Shown: piece by piece, positions 20,364 to 29,824 of the stretch
How the letters are laid out: the number at the start of each line of letters is the position of its first letter
Position numbering within the stretch: the stretch's first letter is position 1
Source of the DNA: a bacterium
Lineage (GTDB): Bacteria > Electryoneota > Electryoneia > Electryoneales > Electryoneaceae
Length of the DNA stretch: 64,000 bases
Reading direction: 5' to 3'
Assembly (NCBI GenBank): GCA_963669175.1
Contig: OY769902.1
Location: 3,584,001 to 3,648,000 of the forward strand
Made by a program: the position numbers and the translations under genes
Notes under the pieces: model-generated
The model's input: the letters and a program-made list of their open reading frames with translations, nothing else
Databases searched by the model: none
Told to the model about the DNA's origin: nothing

Positions 20364-21826
20364 CTCGGTTTTGCTCATTTTAGCGGATCAAGCGGCTTTG
20401 TGAATAAGGAATTTAAGGATATTGCTTTTCTTTTTTAAGAATCCGCGTGGCTGCTTGCATTCGGGAAAAATCGCCTGCATCCACAATTCAGCACGCAATG
20501 CCTGATGCACGTCTGAGAAACTGGGTTCCAGTTTTGTGTACCACTCTGTTTGCGCAACAGCTTTCTGCTCTGGCTGCTGACTATACCAAACAACCATCAG
20601 ACTGAACAAGCCAAACAGCAGGGGCACTGTTCTTTGAATCGATTTTTTTGACCAGTTTTCTGTCGTTTCGATACGCAGATGTTTCCGTGACTCTTCAAAC
20701 GTGGTTTCCAACGCCCATCGTCGTACATATGAGCTGACAACCTGGGCCGGGGTTAAGTCTGTTTTGGATGTAGATAAGACAATGTCCTTGTTTTTGCCGT
20801 CGGGATCACGCGCCACCACCCAGCGTATCAGGACAACATCTTCCCCGGAACGGTACCAGCAGCCAACACCGGAAAGCAGCAACAGGTCTTTTGTCTTGTT
20901 CCCATACCAGAGGCAAGACGCTTTTTCCCAGGCAGCATCCGGCTTTTTCGCCTCTTGTCCCGGTGCGGGCAAACGGTCACCGACTTTGCGCGGACGTCCA
21001 CGTTTCCCGTTCGGTGGAGGCGGCGGATCATGCAGCACCGTATCCATACGCGAATGCCCGATGATAGCAAGACGGTTCTCTTTCGCCACGAAACGGTGAA
21101 GTTCGTGGGCATTCAACGTACCGTCGGCAAGAATCAGAAAACGGCGGTCCGGAAACCATCGAAGCAGCAGACGCACCCCGAGAATGATCAGGTGTACAGG
21201 ACTGCGGTACTTCGATTCCGGAACACGCTTTTTGGCGATCTCCGGAAACACGAATACAGGAAGCGCCCAGATCTGCGAACGATAACGGGTGCGCAAACCA
21301 ATCGAAATCACCATCCATTGAAGACCGCGAGCATAAACGACTTTTGTCCCTGCTTTGCCCGAACGGACGGGATCACGGTGAACGGATATCTGGTAAACAT
21401 GCTTTCCCCAACGACGGATCAGGGTATCATCCACGATCAGAAGGATCGGATCACGTTCGGCAATCTGATCAAGTATCAAAGAGCAGAGAATCTTTGCCAG
21501 TTTCAGGGCGGACCAGTTGGCAGACGAAAGAAAATGGTGATAACAAGACCAACTCTTTTCAACCGGTCCGGGAAATACACGTAATAACTGACAGACTGTC
21601 TGACGACCGAAATTCAATACAGCGCCGATAGCCAACAGTACAAAATTCTCATAAACAGGTTTCCGAAACACCGGACGAAAACTTGCAAGTAACTCAAAAA
21701 ATGACGATGTTATGGCAGGCATGGTTATCTCCTTTACAACCCTGAAAGACTTGGACATCTTCTTGGTTGTAAAATGAACCATGCCTTTTACTTTTTGCAA
21801 GACCTGAGTAATTCAACAAAACCGAG
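20364..21826 (-). mobile_element. Complete IS701-like insertion sequence (1463 bp)
   Basis: Terminal IR CTCGGTTTTG at both ends; 7-bp target duplication AAATATA at 20357-20363 and 21827-21833. Confidence 0.85.
20388..21722 (-). CDS. DDE transposase (IS701-like)
   Basis: IVDDT, LADG and Y.RRW.LE..F motifs; AAGGAG RBS. Confidence 0.88.
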   Translation of the reverse strand: MPAITSSFFELLASFRPVFRKPVYENFVLLAIGAVLNFGRQTVCQLLRVFPGPVEKSWSCYHHFLSSANWSALKLAKILCSLILDQIAERDPILLIVDDTLIRRWGKHVYQISVHRDPVRSGKAGTKVVYARGLQWMVISIGLRTRYRSQIWALPVFVFPEIAKKRVPESKYRSPVHLIILGVRLLLRWFPDRRFLILADGTLNAHELHRFVAKENRLAIIGHSRMDTVLHDPPPPPNGKRGRPRKVGDRLPAPGQEAKKPDAAWEKASCLWYGNKTKDLLLLSGVGCWYRSGEDVVLIRWVVARDPDGKNKDIVLSTSKTDLTPAQVVSSYVRRWALETTFEESRKHLRIETTENWSKKSIQRTVPLLFGLFSLMVVWYSQQPEQKAVAQTEWYTKLEPSFSDVHQALRAELWMQAIFPECKQPRGFLKKKSNILKFLIHKAA

Positions 21827-21954
21827 AAATATAGCGATTCCCATTATTAATCCGTCATATGGTTATGTGCTAGCCCGAATATTTCACCAATGCAATTTCA
21901 AATGTGGTATTTGATGGAACGGCCAGTACAAGAACCACGGCAGTGGTTCACTGA

Positions 21955-22187
21955 ATTAGCCCACCGTCCAGCGCCGTCTGTTTGGCGCTCACGGTGGGAA
22001 TAGGATGTACGCTACTTGCCACCCCCGGCAGCGGGTTGCCTAAATAATACCACTGTATACTTTTGATAATTATTAGGTTACTCCTTCCGGAGTAAATGTG
22101 TGGTGCGCATTATCTCCCCGGGTAGCCGCCAAACTGACGGCGGCAACCCTAGGCTAATACAGGTTGCCCCTGCCGGGGCGGTTGCCG
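21955..22187. repeat. Cluster of GC-rich REP-like hairpins
   Basis: CCCACCGT..GCGCC..GGCGC..ACGGTGGG, GCCGCC..GGCGGC and GCCCCTGCCGGGGC hairpins in roughly inverted arrangement. Confidence 0.5.
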
Positions 22188-22388
22188 ATACTCAGCCTCA
22201 TTTTGCCAGCGAAACAGGGAATAGACACGCAAAGGGATACCGGAGCAAACTGTACCCTGAAAAATGCTGTATGAATCAGTTGTATTGTGCTGATATGAAC
22301 TGTGTTAAGATGATTCTCCATGTTTCGTTCATGAAATATTCGGGCTAGATCAGTGAAAGGTCAACCATATAGTCGGAATAAGGGATAT

Positions 22389-22473
22389 GGAAAAAGGGGA
22401 CAGTTTCCTTTTCCAGGAATACTTCAGGAATATTCCGTATAAACGAGAGGAAAAGGATTCCGTCCCCTTTTCC
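22389..22473. repeat. Degenerate partial copy of RAYT-associated repeat (family A)
   Basis: GGAAAAAGGGGACAGTTTCCTTTTCC ... GGAAAAGGATTCCGTCCCCTTTTCC inverted pair resembling units at 33854-34096. Confidence 0.5.
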
Positions 22474-22643
22474 CGGCAATCTCCATTATGACGGAATAAA
22501 ATCGAGAACAGCAATAAAGCTATGAAGATTAAATCTCAGTATTGATTCCCCAAACTATCCTGGCATAAGAAAACAAACCGGAAATTCCACCCATGACTGG
22601 TAGAAATTTCCGGTACGAACCTGTCTTTCATGACAGAGCATTG

Positions 22644-24665
22644 TTAATCGGTTTTCGAATCCTTCAAATAGGTATTCAGGAATTCTTCCATATTGCGATA
22701 GAAGTCCAGACGATTCTCCTGGTGTGCAATACCATGTCCCTCATTTTCATAAAGGAAGTATTCGACAGTAGCTCCCGCCTCACGTGCTTCCTTGACAAAA
22801 GCATTTACCTGGTCAATCGGCACCATGTCGTCTTTTGCACCATGCGCAACCAGCACAGGCGCCTGGATAGCCTCGACATGATACAGCGGTGACCTTGCCT
22901 TCAGGAACTCAATGTCCTTCCTGTCTTCCGCTGTCCAGTCCTTTTCCTTTTTCATCTGCCCCTTGTACGGCCCTGATTCATATCTCGGCAAGCGTCCAAT
23001 ACGAGTATCATACAGGAAACGCGCAGACGCCCAGTAAGCAGGTATGGCATTCAGATACGAAATCAAATCCGGCATCCCTACAACAGAGATTCCGGCTTTC
23101 CAGATATCCGGAGTGAAGGTTAAAGCGCTCATGGCAGCGTAACCACCATAACTGCCACCATAAATCGCAACACGTTCCGGGTCAGCGATTCCCTGTTCAA
23201 CAGCCCAGTTCACCCCATCAACCAGGTCAGTCAACATGGCTCCGCCCCATTCACGGTTGCCTGCGTTGATATAGTCTTTTCCGTACCCGGATGATCCCCT
23301 GAAGTTGATCTGCAGGCAGGCGTAGCCACGATTCGCCAGCCATTGCGCTTCAGGATGATAGCCCCACACATCTCTTTTCCATGGGCCGCCATGAACATTC
23401 ACCACGATCGGACCGGGTTTTTCCCAATTTAACGGTTCTGTGAGGTAACCATGAATCGTCAAACCATCACGCGCCTTAAAACTGATCGGCTTCATGGGTG
23501 CAAGACGGACGTCCGATAACTGGGGGCGATAGTTAAACAGGTGTTTCAATTCCTGATCTTCGCTGCCGTACAGGTAAAAGCTCCCAGGGCCGGTGTCCTG
23601 CTGATACATAACGATCCACCAGCGCCCATCCCACAACCTGTCGGGAACATACAGGTCGCCATCATCCTGTTTCTTCAAAAAATTCATATCTCCAGCAATA
23701 GCAGAATCAAGGATAACCCATTCCAGTCGTGCACGTTGATAGCCAACAGCCTGAACCGTATGATTTTTCCAATCCACCATATACTGGCTGATATCATAAA
23801 CAGGATCAGAGACCAGCACCTTCCGTTCGCCGGTTTCCGGATAATACGTGACCAACGCGCCTGTGTTTCTGTCTTTGCTGTCAATCAGGTACATACCCTT
23901 GTCATCAGGCGTCGCAATGAGAAATCCGCTGTTCAACACATCTTCCGGCCCCCATTCGACAACCACTTCGAAGGGTTTGCCTTCAGATTTCCTCCACCAT
24001 ATCGCTTCACCGCCAGATTCCGTAAGCTGGATAAATCCACGAATATTAAAGGCCCAGTCAGAAATCCACCGGTAAACTCGCTCATCCCCCTTTTCGATCA
24101 GCTTATAAGCGAGGGTACGCGTGTTCACACGATATACATCATGAACAGTTGCGTCATGCAGATTCATGCTGATGAGGATTTCGTCGGGATACTCATGGCT
24201 GGTTTCAATTACATTGACTTTAACCCTGTGATTATACTGACCGTCAGGTGGCGCCAGCTTGTTACTTTCGCCGCTATTAACGTCTACTACATAAACCGAA
24301 AAGATTTTCGTCTCAGGATCTTCCCAATAATAAATGACCTGTTCATCATTCGGCACCCAGTAAAAATACCGGATTCCAGGGGCGGGCACACTGGTAATGG
24401 GCTTATCTACACTTCCATCCAGTGTTTTATACCAGAGGTTCATAGCGCCTTCATGGGGCGCCAGGTAGACATACTGCTCCTCAGTGAAGGCCAATCGTGG
24501 CGCTTCACTATCCGGATCCCCGAAAAGTACTTCAAGCGGGATTTTTTCGACCTGTTTATCTCCGGCACAATTCACAAAAACAAATGCGGAAATAAACATC
24601 ATCCCTGCCAGGAACCAGCCTGTCTGGCGGTTCAAAAAACTGTTGATCAGCTTCGTTGAATGCAA
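22644..24665 (-). CDS. S9 family peptidase (prolyl oligopeptidase/acylaminoacyl-peptidase-like), probable lipoprotein
   Basis: VHGGPW, NFRGSSGYG, GGSYGG nucleophile, HGAKDD and EGHG; N-terminal propeller; FVNC lipobox. Confidence 0.92.
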   Translation of the reverse strand: MHSTKLINSFLNRQTGWFLAGMMFISAFVFVNCAGDKQVEKIPLEVLFGDPDSEAPRLAFTEEQYVYLAPHEGAMNLWYKTLDGSVDKPITSVPAPGIRYFYWVPNDEQVIYYWEDPETKIFSVYVVDVNSGESNKLAPPDGQYNHRVKVNVIETSHEYPDEILISMNLHDATVHDVYRVNTRTLAYKLIEKGDERVYRWISDWAFNIRGFIQLTESGGEAIWWRKSEGKPFEVVVEWGPEDVLNSGFLIATPDDKGMYLIDSKDRNTGALVTYYPETGERKVLVSDPVYDISQYMVDWKNHTVQAVGYQRARLEWVILDSAIAGDMNFLKKQDDGDLYVPDRLWDGRWWIVMYQQDTGPGSFYLYGSEDQELKHLFNYRPQLSDVRLAPMKPISFKARDGLTIHGYLTEPLNWEKPGPIVVNVHGGPWKRDVWGYHPEAQWLANRGYACLQINFRGSSGYGKDYINAGNREWGGAMLTDLVDGVNWAVEQGIADPERVAIYGGSYGGYAAMSALTFTPDIWKAGISVVGMPDLISYLNAIPAYWASARFLYDTRIGRLPRYESGPYKGQMKKEKDWTAEDRKDIEFLKARSPLYHVEAIQAPVLVAHGAKDDMVPIDQVNAFVKEAREAGATVEYFLYENEGHGIAHQENRLDFYRNMEEFLNTYLKDSKTD

Positions 24666-24949
24666 ACGAAGTCCTCTCGGTTTAGGTATAGTTGTCCAGA
24701 AGTTACAATATGCAAAAACGATTCCAAACTGGCAACACAGGAAAAGAGTTCAGAAATCATTGCCACTAAACAGGTTATCCACTCACAGTGTATGTAGAGG
24801 AAGACAAAGATTGCTTTAATACGCTACATGGCAAGATGATAAATGTATAATGGCACAACTCTTATTCCCTTCTTGACGATGAGTATAGACCCTATATGGC
24901 AACACCTTTTTTTCTTAATTTTCATCATCTTACAAAGCAACCAGCAATT

Positions 24950-24965
24950 TGGCATACCCCTTGCA
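24950..24965 (+). promoter_or_regulatory. sigma54 (-24/-12) promoter
   Basis: TGGCATA-CCCC-TTGCA, exact GG-N10-GC spacing, about 40 nt upstream of ATG 25007. Confidence 0.7.
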
Positions 24966-25006
24966 AAATAGCCTTTCAGAAACACATTCACTTGGAGGAA
25001 AGTAAG

Positions 25007-25450
25007 ATGAAGAGCCGGAAAGTAACCTTGATCATTATCGCTGCCCTGGTCATGAGCAGCTTTGCATTTGCACAAGACAACGCTGTCGCAGTCAGTGATA
25101 TAGAAGCAGAGTATTCTGCACCTGTCCTGATTGAACAGGTTGATGCACAGCGTGTCTTCTACGCGCCCGGTCGAGAAGTCGAAGGCTTCGTGACACTGGA
25201 AATGTTGGTTGATGAAGTTGGTGATGTTGAGAAAGTGCGCGTCACCTATCGCACCAGCAAACTTGCCGTCGCAAATGCAGTCGAAGCCGCTGAACTGTGG
25301 CAGTTTGAACCCGCCACCCTTGACAACACGCCTGTGAAGGCCTGGGTTTCGTACAACATCGCGTTCGGTCCCGACCTTGAAAACTTCGCCGACGCGAGTT
25401 ATTCACATAAAATCGAGCCAAACACGGATACATTCGCACTGCTGAAATAG
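25007..25450 (+). CDS. Secreted TonB C-terminal domain protein
   Basis: Signal peptide (AFA); EGFVTLEMLVDEVGDV...AVEAAELWQFEPA TonB_C pattern; GGAGG RBS. Confidence 0.8.
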   Translation: MKSRKVTLIIIAALVMSSFAFAQDNAVAVSDIEAEYSAPVLIEQVDAQRVFYAPGREVEGFVTLEMLVDEVGDVEKVRVTYRTSKLAVANAVEAAELWQFEPATLDNTPVKAWVSYNIAFGPDLENFADASYSHKIEPNTDTFALLK

Positions 25451-25464
25451 GCTCGATATCCAGG

Positions 25465-25498
25465 ATAAAAAAGGGCGCCGCTGGGCGCCCTTTTTTAT
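25465..25498. terminator. Bidirectional intrinsic terminator
   Basis: AAAAAAGGGCGCC-GCTG-GGCGCCCTTTTTT. Confidence 0.85.
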
Positions 25499-25563
25499 AC
25501 CAGTCAAGATAGAATGAAAACGCCCAGACATTTGCCTGGGCGTTTGAAGTGTCGAACTTCGGC

Positions 25564-25764
25564 CTAGTGCTTGCGGACAACATTCTCTGCAGCCGGGCCT
25601 TTTTTGCCCTGCACAATTTCAAATTCGACTTCTTCACCCTCTTCGAGAGTTTTGAAGCCGTCGCCGCTGATTGCGCTGTAATGCACAAATACGTCCGAAC
25701 CTTCATCGGGCTCGATGAAACCGTAGCCCTTACCGCTGTCAAACCACTTTACTTTACCGTGCAT
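25564..25764 (-). CDS. Cold-shock protein
   Basis: [15 protein letters not shown] (RNP1) and DVFVHYSAI (RNP2). Confidence 0.95.
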   Translation of the reverse strand: MHGKVKWFDSGKGYGFIEPDEGSDVFVHYSAISGDGFKTLEEGEEVEFEIVQGKKGPAAENVVRKH

Positions 25765-26036
25765 CAACCTGCTCCCCAAAATGTACTGTACGGACTCTTC
25801 CTCTAGCCCGCTCCCGATAAGAAGTTTACGGGTTTTTTAACGAATTAACCAATAGGTCAACCCCCTGGGGCTCCGGGAGAGACGCAACTTTTTCTATTTT
25901 TCCAAAAATTAACACAAGAATATAACGTCAATTGTAGCATTGACAAAGCTTACACGGCCCTACCCGAAATCCTACCTCTTCCAAACGCGATAACAAGGAG
26001 ACACCCGAGACTTGCTATTCCTTTCAAGACAGTTCA

Positions 26037-26064
26037 GTATTACTTTTTCATACCAACGTAATAT
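26037..26064. promoter_or_regulatory. Putative NikR operator
   Basis: GTATTA-N16-TAATAT, matching the GTATGA-N16-TCATAC NikR architecture, upstream of nikR-nikMNQO. Confidence 0.7.
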
Positions 26065-26132
26065 TTTCGATGTTCAGAACAACTCGCGAGATACATTTTG
26101 CACTTCATGCTGCAACCTGGAGAATTCTACTT

Positions 26133-26573
26133 ATGGCAGACCTGCAACGGCTCAGCATTACGATGGAAGACGACCTGTATCAAAGGATGCAGGCGCTTCT
26201 TGAAAACGGCACCATTAAGAATCGTTCCAAGTTTTTCCGTGATCTGGTCAGAAACCGTCTGGTTGAACTGGAGTGGGAAGTTGAGAGTGAAGTAGTCGGT
26301 TCCATTACGATTGTCTATGACCATCATCGTGGCACCATACAAAAGAAGCTAACCAGCATTCAACATGATTTCGGTGATCAGATCCTTGCCAATACACATG
26401 TTCATCTCACTCATTCATTGTGTCTTGAAGTGATCATCGCACGCGGTCAGGGTATCAAGATCCGTGAGCTTGCCAACCGTTTGGGACAGGTGAAGGGTGT
26501 CGTTTATTCAGAAGTATCGGGTGGCTGCCTGCATGCCATCGACCATGAGGAACTGAGACATGCACATTCCTGA
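26133..26573 (+). CDS. nikR: Nickel-responsive regulator NikR
   Basis: RHH N-terminus (RLSITM, NRSKFFRDLVR), YDHH, QH, HVHL...CLEV nickel site. Confidence 0.92.
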   Translation: MADLQRLSITMEDDLYQRMQALLENGTIKNRSKFFRDLVRNRLVELEWEVESEVVGSITIVYDHHRGTIQKKLTSIQHDFGDQILANTHVHLTHSLCLEVIIARGQGIKIRELANRLGQVKGVVYSEVSGGCLHAIDHEELRHAHS

Positions 26574-27207
26574 TGGGTTCATATCTCCGGCAATCAATGC
26601 CACAACAGCAGCGATAAGCCTATCCGGGATAGTTCTGGCATCGTATCACGTAAGGAAGGAACTGGATGAACGAGCCGTACCACTCATAGGTGTTACAGCA
26701 GCATTCATTTTTGCAGCACAGATGTTGAATTTTCCGGTTCTGGCTGGAACCAGTGGACATTTCCTGGGGGCAGCGCTTGCGGTTTTCCTGCTCGGACCTT
26801 CTGCTTCTATCCTGGTAATGTCACTTGTTTTGTTGATCCAGTGCCTTGGATTTGCCGATGGCGGATTGACTGCTCTCGGCACCAATGTTTTCAATATGGG
26901 CCTGATCGCCGGACTTTCTGCCTACGGGATATTTCATGCGCTGAAAAGGCTTCTTCCCCAGTCACGCCTGGGGGAGGTCGCCAGTGTTGGCTTTGCTGCA
27001 TGGTTTTCGGTTGTGTTCGCTTCAGCGGCTGCATCATTGGAATTGGCGCTTTCGGGAACCTCAACCCTGTCTATTGTATTACCGGCCATGGTTGGCGTTC
27101 ATGCGGTTATTGGCGTCGGTGAAGCGATGATTACGGTGGCTGCCTACAGCATGGTGCGGAATGTTCGTCCTGATCTGATCCAATCTCACGCGTTACATCA
27201 GGAGTAG
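26560..27207 (+). CDS. nikM: ECF nickel/cobalt transporter S component
   Basis: MHIPDG N-terminus, GTSGH, ADGG motifs. Confidence 0.92.
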   Translation: MHIPDGFISPAINATTAAISLSGIVLASYHVRKELDERAVPLIGVTAAFIFAAQMLNFPVLAGTSGHFLGAALAVFLLGPSASILVMSLVLLIQCLGFADGGLTALGTNVFNMGLIAGLSAYGIFHALKRLLPQSRLGEVASVGFAAWFSVVFASAAASLELALSGTSTLSIVLPAMVGVHAVIGVGEAMITVAAYSMVRNVRPDLIQSHALHQE

Positions 27208-27211
27208 CCAT

Positions 27212-27517
27212 ATGAAGCGTTCATTTCTATTGGCTGGATTCGTGCTATCTCTTTTGATGGGCGCCCTGGTATCCCCTTTCGCCTCTTCCCATCCGGACGG
27301 CCTGGAAAAGGTTGCTGAAGATAAGGAATTCATCCAACTTGCAGAGGAGACTCCAGCAGCATGGTCGAACTCACCAGCGCCGGATTACCAGGTAACTCTT
27401 TTCAGGAATGATTCTCTGGCAACCTCGTTCGCCGGCTTGTTGGGCACTATCCTTGTTTGCGTAATAGGAGTAGCGTTGGGGAAAATCCTGTTGCAGCGCA
27501 GGGAGTTTAAGCAGTGA
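27212..27517 (+). CDS. nikN: PDGLE-domain accessory membrane protein
   Basis: ASSHPDGLEKVA motif and two TM helices. Confidence 0.88.
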   Translation: MKRSFLLAGFVLSLLMGALVSPFASSHPDGLEKVAEDKEFIQLAEETPAAWSNSPAPDYQVTLFRNDSLATSFAGLLGTILVCVIGVALGKILLQRREFKQ

Positions 27518-28272
27518 GAAGTAGTGAAAGAATGTCGGGCAGTAGTGCCAGTTTCACCTTATTGCCTGCAGGCCATTTTCTTGTTACTGCAAGTGTCATT
27601 TTTATCGTGGCATCTACCCCGGCGCTCTTCTGGCATCATATGCTGGCTTTTGCGATACTGGCATTATGCCTGCTTATGGCAAGCAAAGTTTCTTTTCTGA
27701 AACTGGTATCAAGACTAGTACTGCTTTCTCCATTCCTGACCGCAGTTGCTTTGTCGTCCTTATTTCTGAGCGTTCCCGGAAAATCAGTTGATATCTGGCA
27801 TACAGCGTTGCCGTCCTTTTCCCCCAAGCACCTTCAATTCGCTGCCTGGTTGTTTACTAAGGCTCTGCTCTCAACCTGGCTGCTCCTTTTATTCGGGATG
27901 GCACATTCCCCCGTAAAAATCGGATCAGCAATGCGGCAACTACACGTCCCAGCTTTCTTTGTGGAATTGATTGAGATGACCATCCGGTATATGGGCGTCT
28001 TCGAAAGAGACTTCACAAGATTGCGTATGACTGCACTGGCGCGTGGATTAAAACTCAAACATCTGCTACAGATCGCGCCTTTGGGAAATCTCGCTGGCGC
28101 ACAATTCTTGAGAAGCATGGAGCATGGCGAACGAATTCACCTCGCCATGCAGGCAAGAGGATACAGCTCTCCGGTACAGGTGGAATCGAAACAGGAAGTG
28201 GGAATTCAGCAGTTGATACTACCCGTCTGTTTCATTGTTATAGCATTGGTTATTCGAATATGTCCATTATAA
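27514..28272 (+). CDS. nikQ: ECF transporter T component (CbiQ/NikQ)
   Basis: TIRY, ARG and ERIHLAMQARGY motifs. Confidence 0.88.
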   Translation: MRSSERMSGSSASFTLLPAGHFLVTASVIFIVASTPALFWHHMLAFAILALCLLMASKVSFLKLVSRLVLLSPFLTAVALSSLFLSVPGKSVDIWHTALPSFSPKHLQFAAWLFTKALLSTWLLLLFGMAHSPVKIGSAMRQLHVPAFFVELIEMTIRYMGVFERDFTRLRMTALARGLKLKHLLQIAPLGNLAGAQFLRSMEHGERIHLAMQARGYSSPVQVESKQEVGIQQLILPVCFIVIALVIRICPL

Positions 28273-28982
28273 AATCAGATCCCTTGCTGACAGTCGAAAA
28301 ACTCAGCTACACGTACTCGGATGGGCGAGTTGCCCTGCGAGACATTTCATTTACCTTGGAGAAAGGCGAACGGCTTGGCATCGTTGGCCCGAACGGAGCT
28401 GGGAAATCAACCCTCCTGCTTCATCTGAATGGCTCTATTCTCTGCCCTCCGGACACGTACTCAATCAGAGGAGTTGTGGTGGGAAAGCGAAATCGTAACC
28501 TGGCGCGTGAAACCGTTGGGCTCATGTTTCAGCAACCGGATGACATGCTCTTCAACCTGACGGTTTGTGATGATGTCGCTTTCGGCCCACGTCGCCAGGT
28601 AATTTCCAGGGAAGAATTAAAAGATCGAGTCCAGGGAGCAATTCATGCAGTGGGATTGGAAGGCTTTGAAGAAAGACCTCCCTTTCACTTGAGCCTTGGC
28701 GAGAAAAAGCGAGCCGCGCTTGCAACATTGCTGGCGATGCGACCTGAAGTTCTCGCGTTGGATGAGCCCTTCAACAGTCTTGATCCAGCCGGGAAGCGGG
28801 AGATGATTGCTTTGCTGGCCAAGCTTCCTCAGGCCATGATTGTTGTCTCGCATGATCTGGAAGCCGTGTTACACTTGTGCGGAAGAGTACTCATCCTGAA
28901 CAATGGTAATATTATTGCCGATGGCCCTCCATATTCACTGTTTGCTGATACCACGCTGCTCGAATCCTGCCGTCTTGTTTGA
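28260..28982 (+). CDS. nikO: ECF transporter ATPase (CbiO/NikO)
   Basis: GPNGAGKST, FQQPDD, LSLGEKKR, LDEP, SHD. Confidence 0.92.
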   Translation: MSIIKSDPLLTVEKLSYTYSDGRVALRDISFTLEKGERLGIVGPNGAGKSTLLLHLNGSILCPPDTYSIRGVVVGKRNRNLARETVGLMFQQPDDMLFNLTVCDDVAFGPRRQVISREELKDRVQGAIHAVGLEGFEERPPFHLSLGEKKRAALATLLAMRPEVLALDEPFNSLDPAGKREMIALLAKLPQAMIVVSHDLEAVLHLCGRVLILNNGNIIADGPPYSLFADTTLLESCRLV

Positions 28983-28991
28983 TAATTCATC

Positions 28992-29690
28992 TCAAATATC
29001 TTTGATATAGAAACAGGTATTGCCGTTGTAAATCTTGTCCAGTCTCCAACCATATTTTTCATACACATGTTTTGCGCCATCATTATCATTGTACACCGAT
29101 AGCTGCATCCTGTTATAATTCATCGCTTTGGCATCATCCTCAAAGGCTTTCATCAGTTTCCCCCCCAGGCCATATCCCTGCGCCCAGGGCGCTACGGCAA
29201 TACTCGCCAGTCCGATTTTCCGTAAAACCTTGCCATCCTTCAGTTTCATCTGATGCAAATATGTTTCAACATTTGCTTTTTTCTTCCTGCTTCTCTTTCT
29301 AAGGATATTGACGCCAGTTCGAAATCGTGATTTGACATTGGCAATTACATCTTCCTGAAACCAGACTTTCGGGTGAGTCAAGATTCCCCATATCCCCGCC
29401 AGGATAACACCATAGGTTTTTGCCGGATCATACGCAGCATTGCTTCCAGCAACATACCCGGCAGGTCTGCCATCAATGGTCGCTACTTCTGCGATATTGC
29501 CTTCCACCTTGATGAACCATTTGATAAATACAGCTATATAGTTATCGCCTATGCGTGTGCTCATATATCCATTAAAAGCTTCGCGATGCACCTTGACCAG
29601 CTCCTTTATATCCGCTGGTTGAATCCTCCGGACTTCAACTATTGCATCTGCTTTGTTCTTTTTCTCGTTTAAATCTGTTGAGGACGTCAT
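28992..29690 (-). CDS. GNAT family N-acetyltransferase
   Basis: SIAVAPWAQGYGLGGKLM acetyl-CoA motif; N..A..VYEKYGW. Confidence 0.85.
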   Translation of the reverse strand: MTSSTDLNEKKNKADAIVEVRRIQPADIKELVKVHREAFNGYMSTRIGDNYIAVFIKWFIKVEGNIAEVATIDGRPAGYVAGSNAAYDPAKTYGVILAGIWGILTHPKVWFQEDVIANVKSRFRTGVNILRKRSRKKKANVETYLHQMKLKDGKVLRKIGLASIAVAPWAQGYGLGGKLMKAFEDDAKAMNYNRMQLSVYNDNDGAKHVYEKYGWRLDKIYNGNTCFYIKDI

Positions 29691-29824
29691 CTGCGTCTCC
29701 CTGACAATGAATCAGGTGTTAATGGTTTTTTACAGAATTGCGAATATACGCAAATTTTATTTCACCCGGAAAGACACACTTCCGGATGTAAATCTGACGT
29801 GAATCGTCAAGCGCTGAAAATAAT

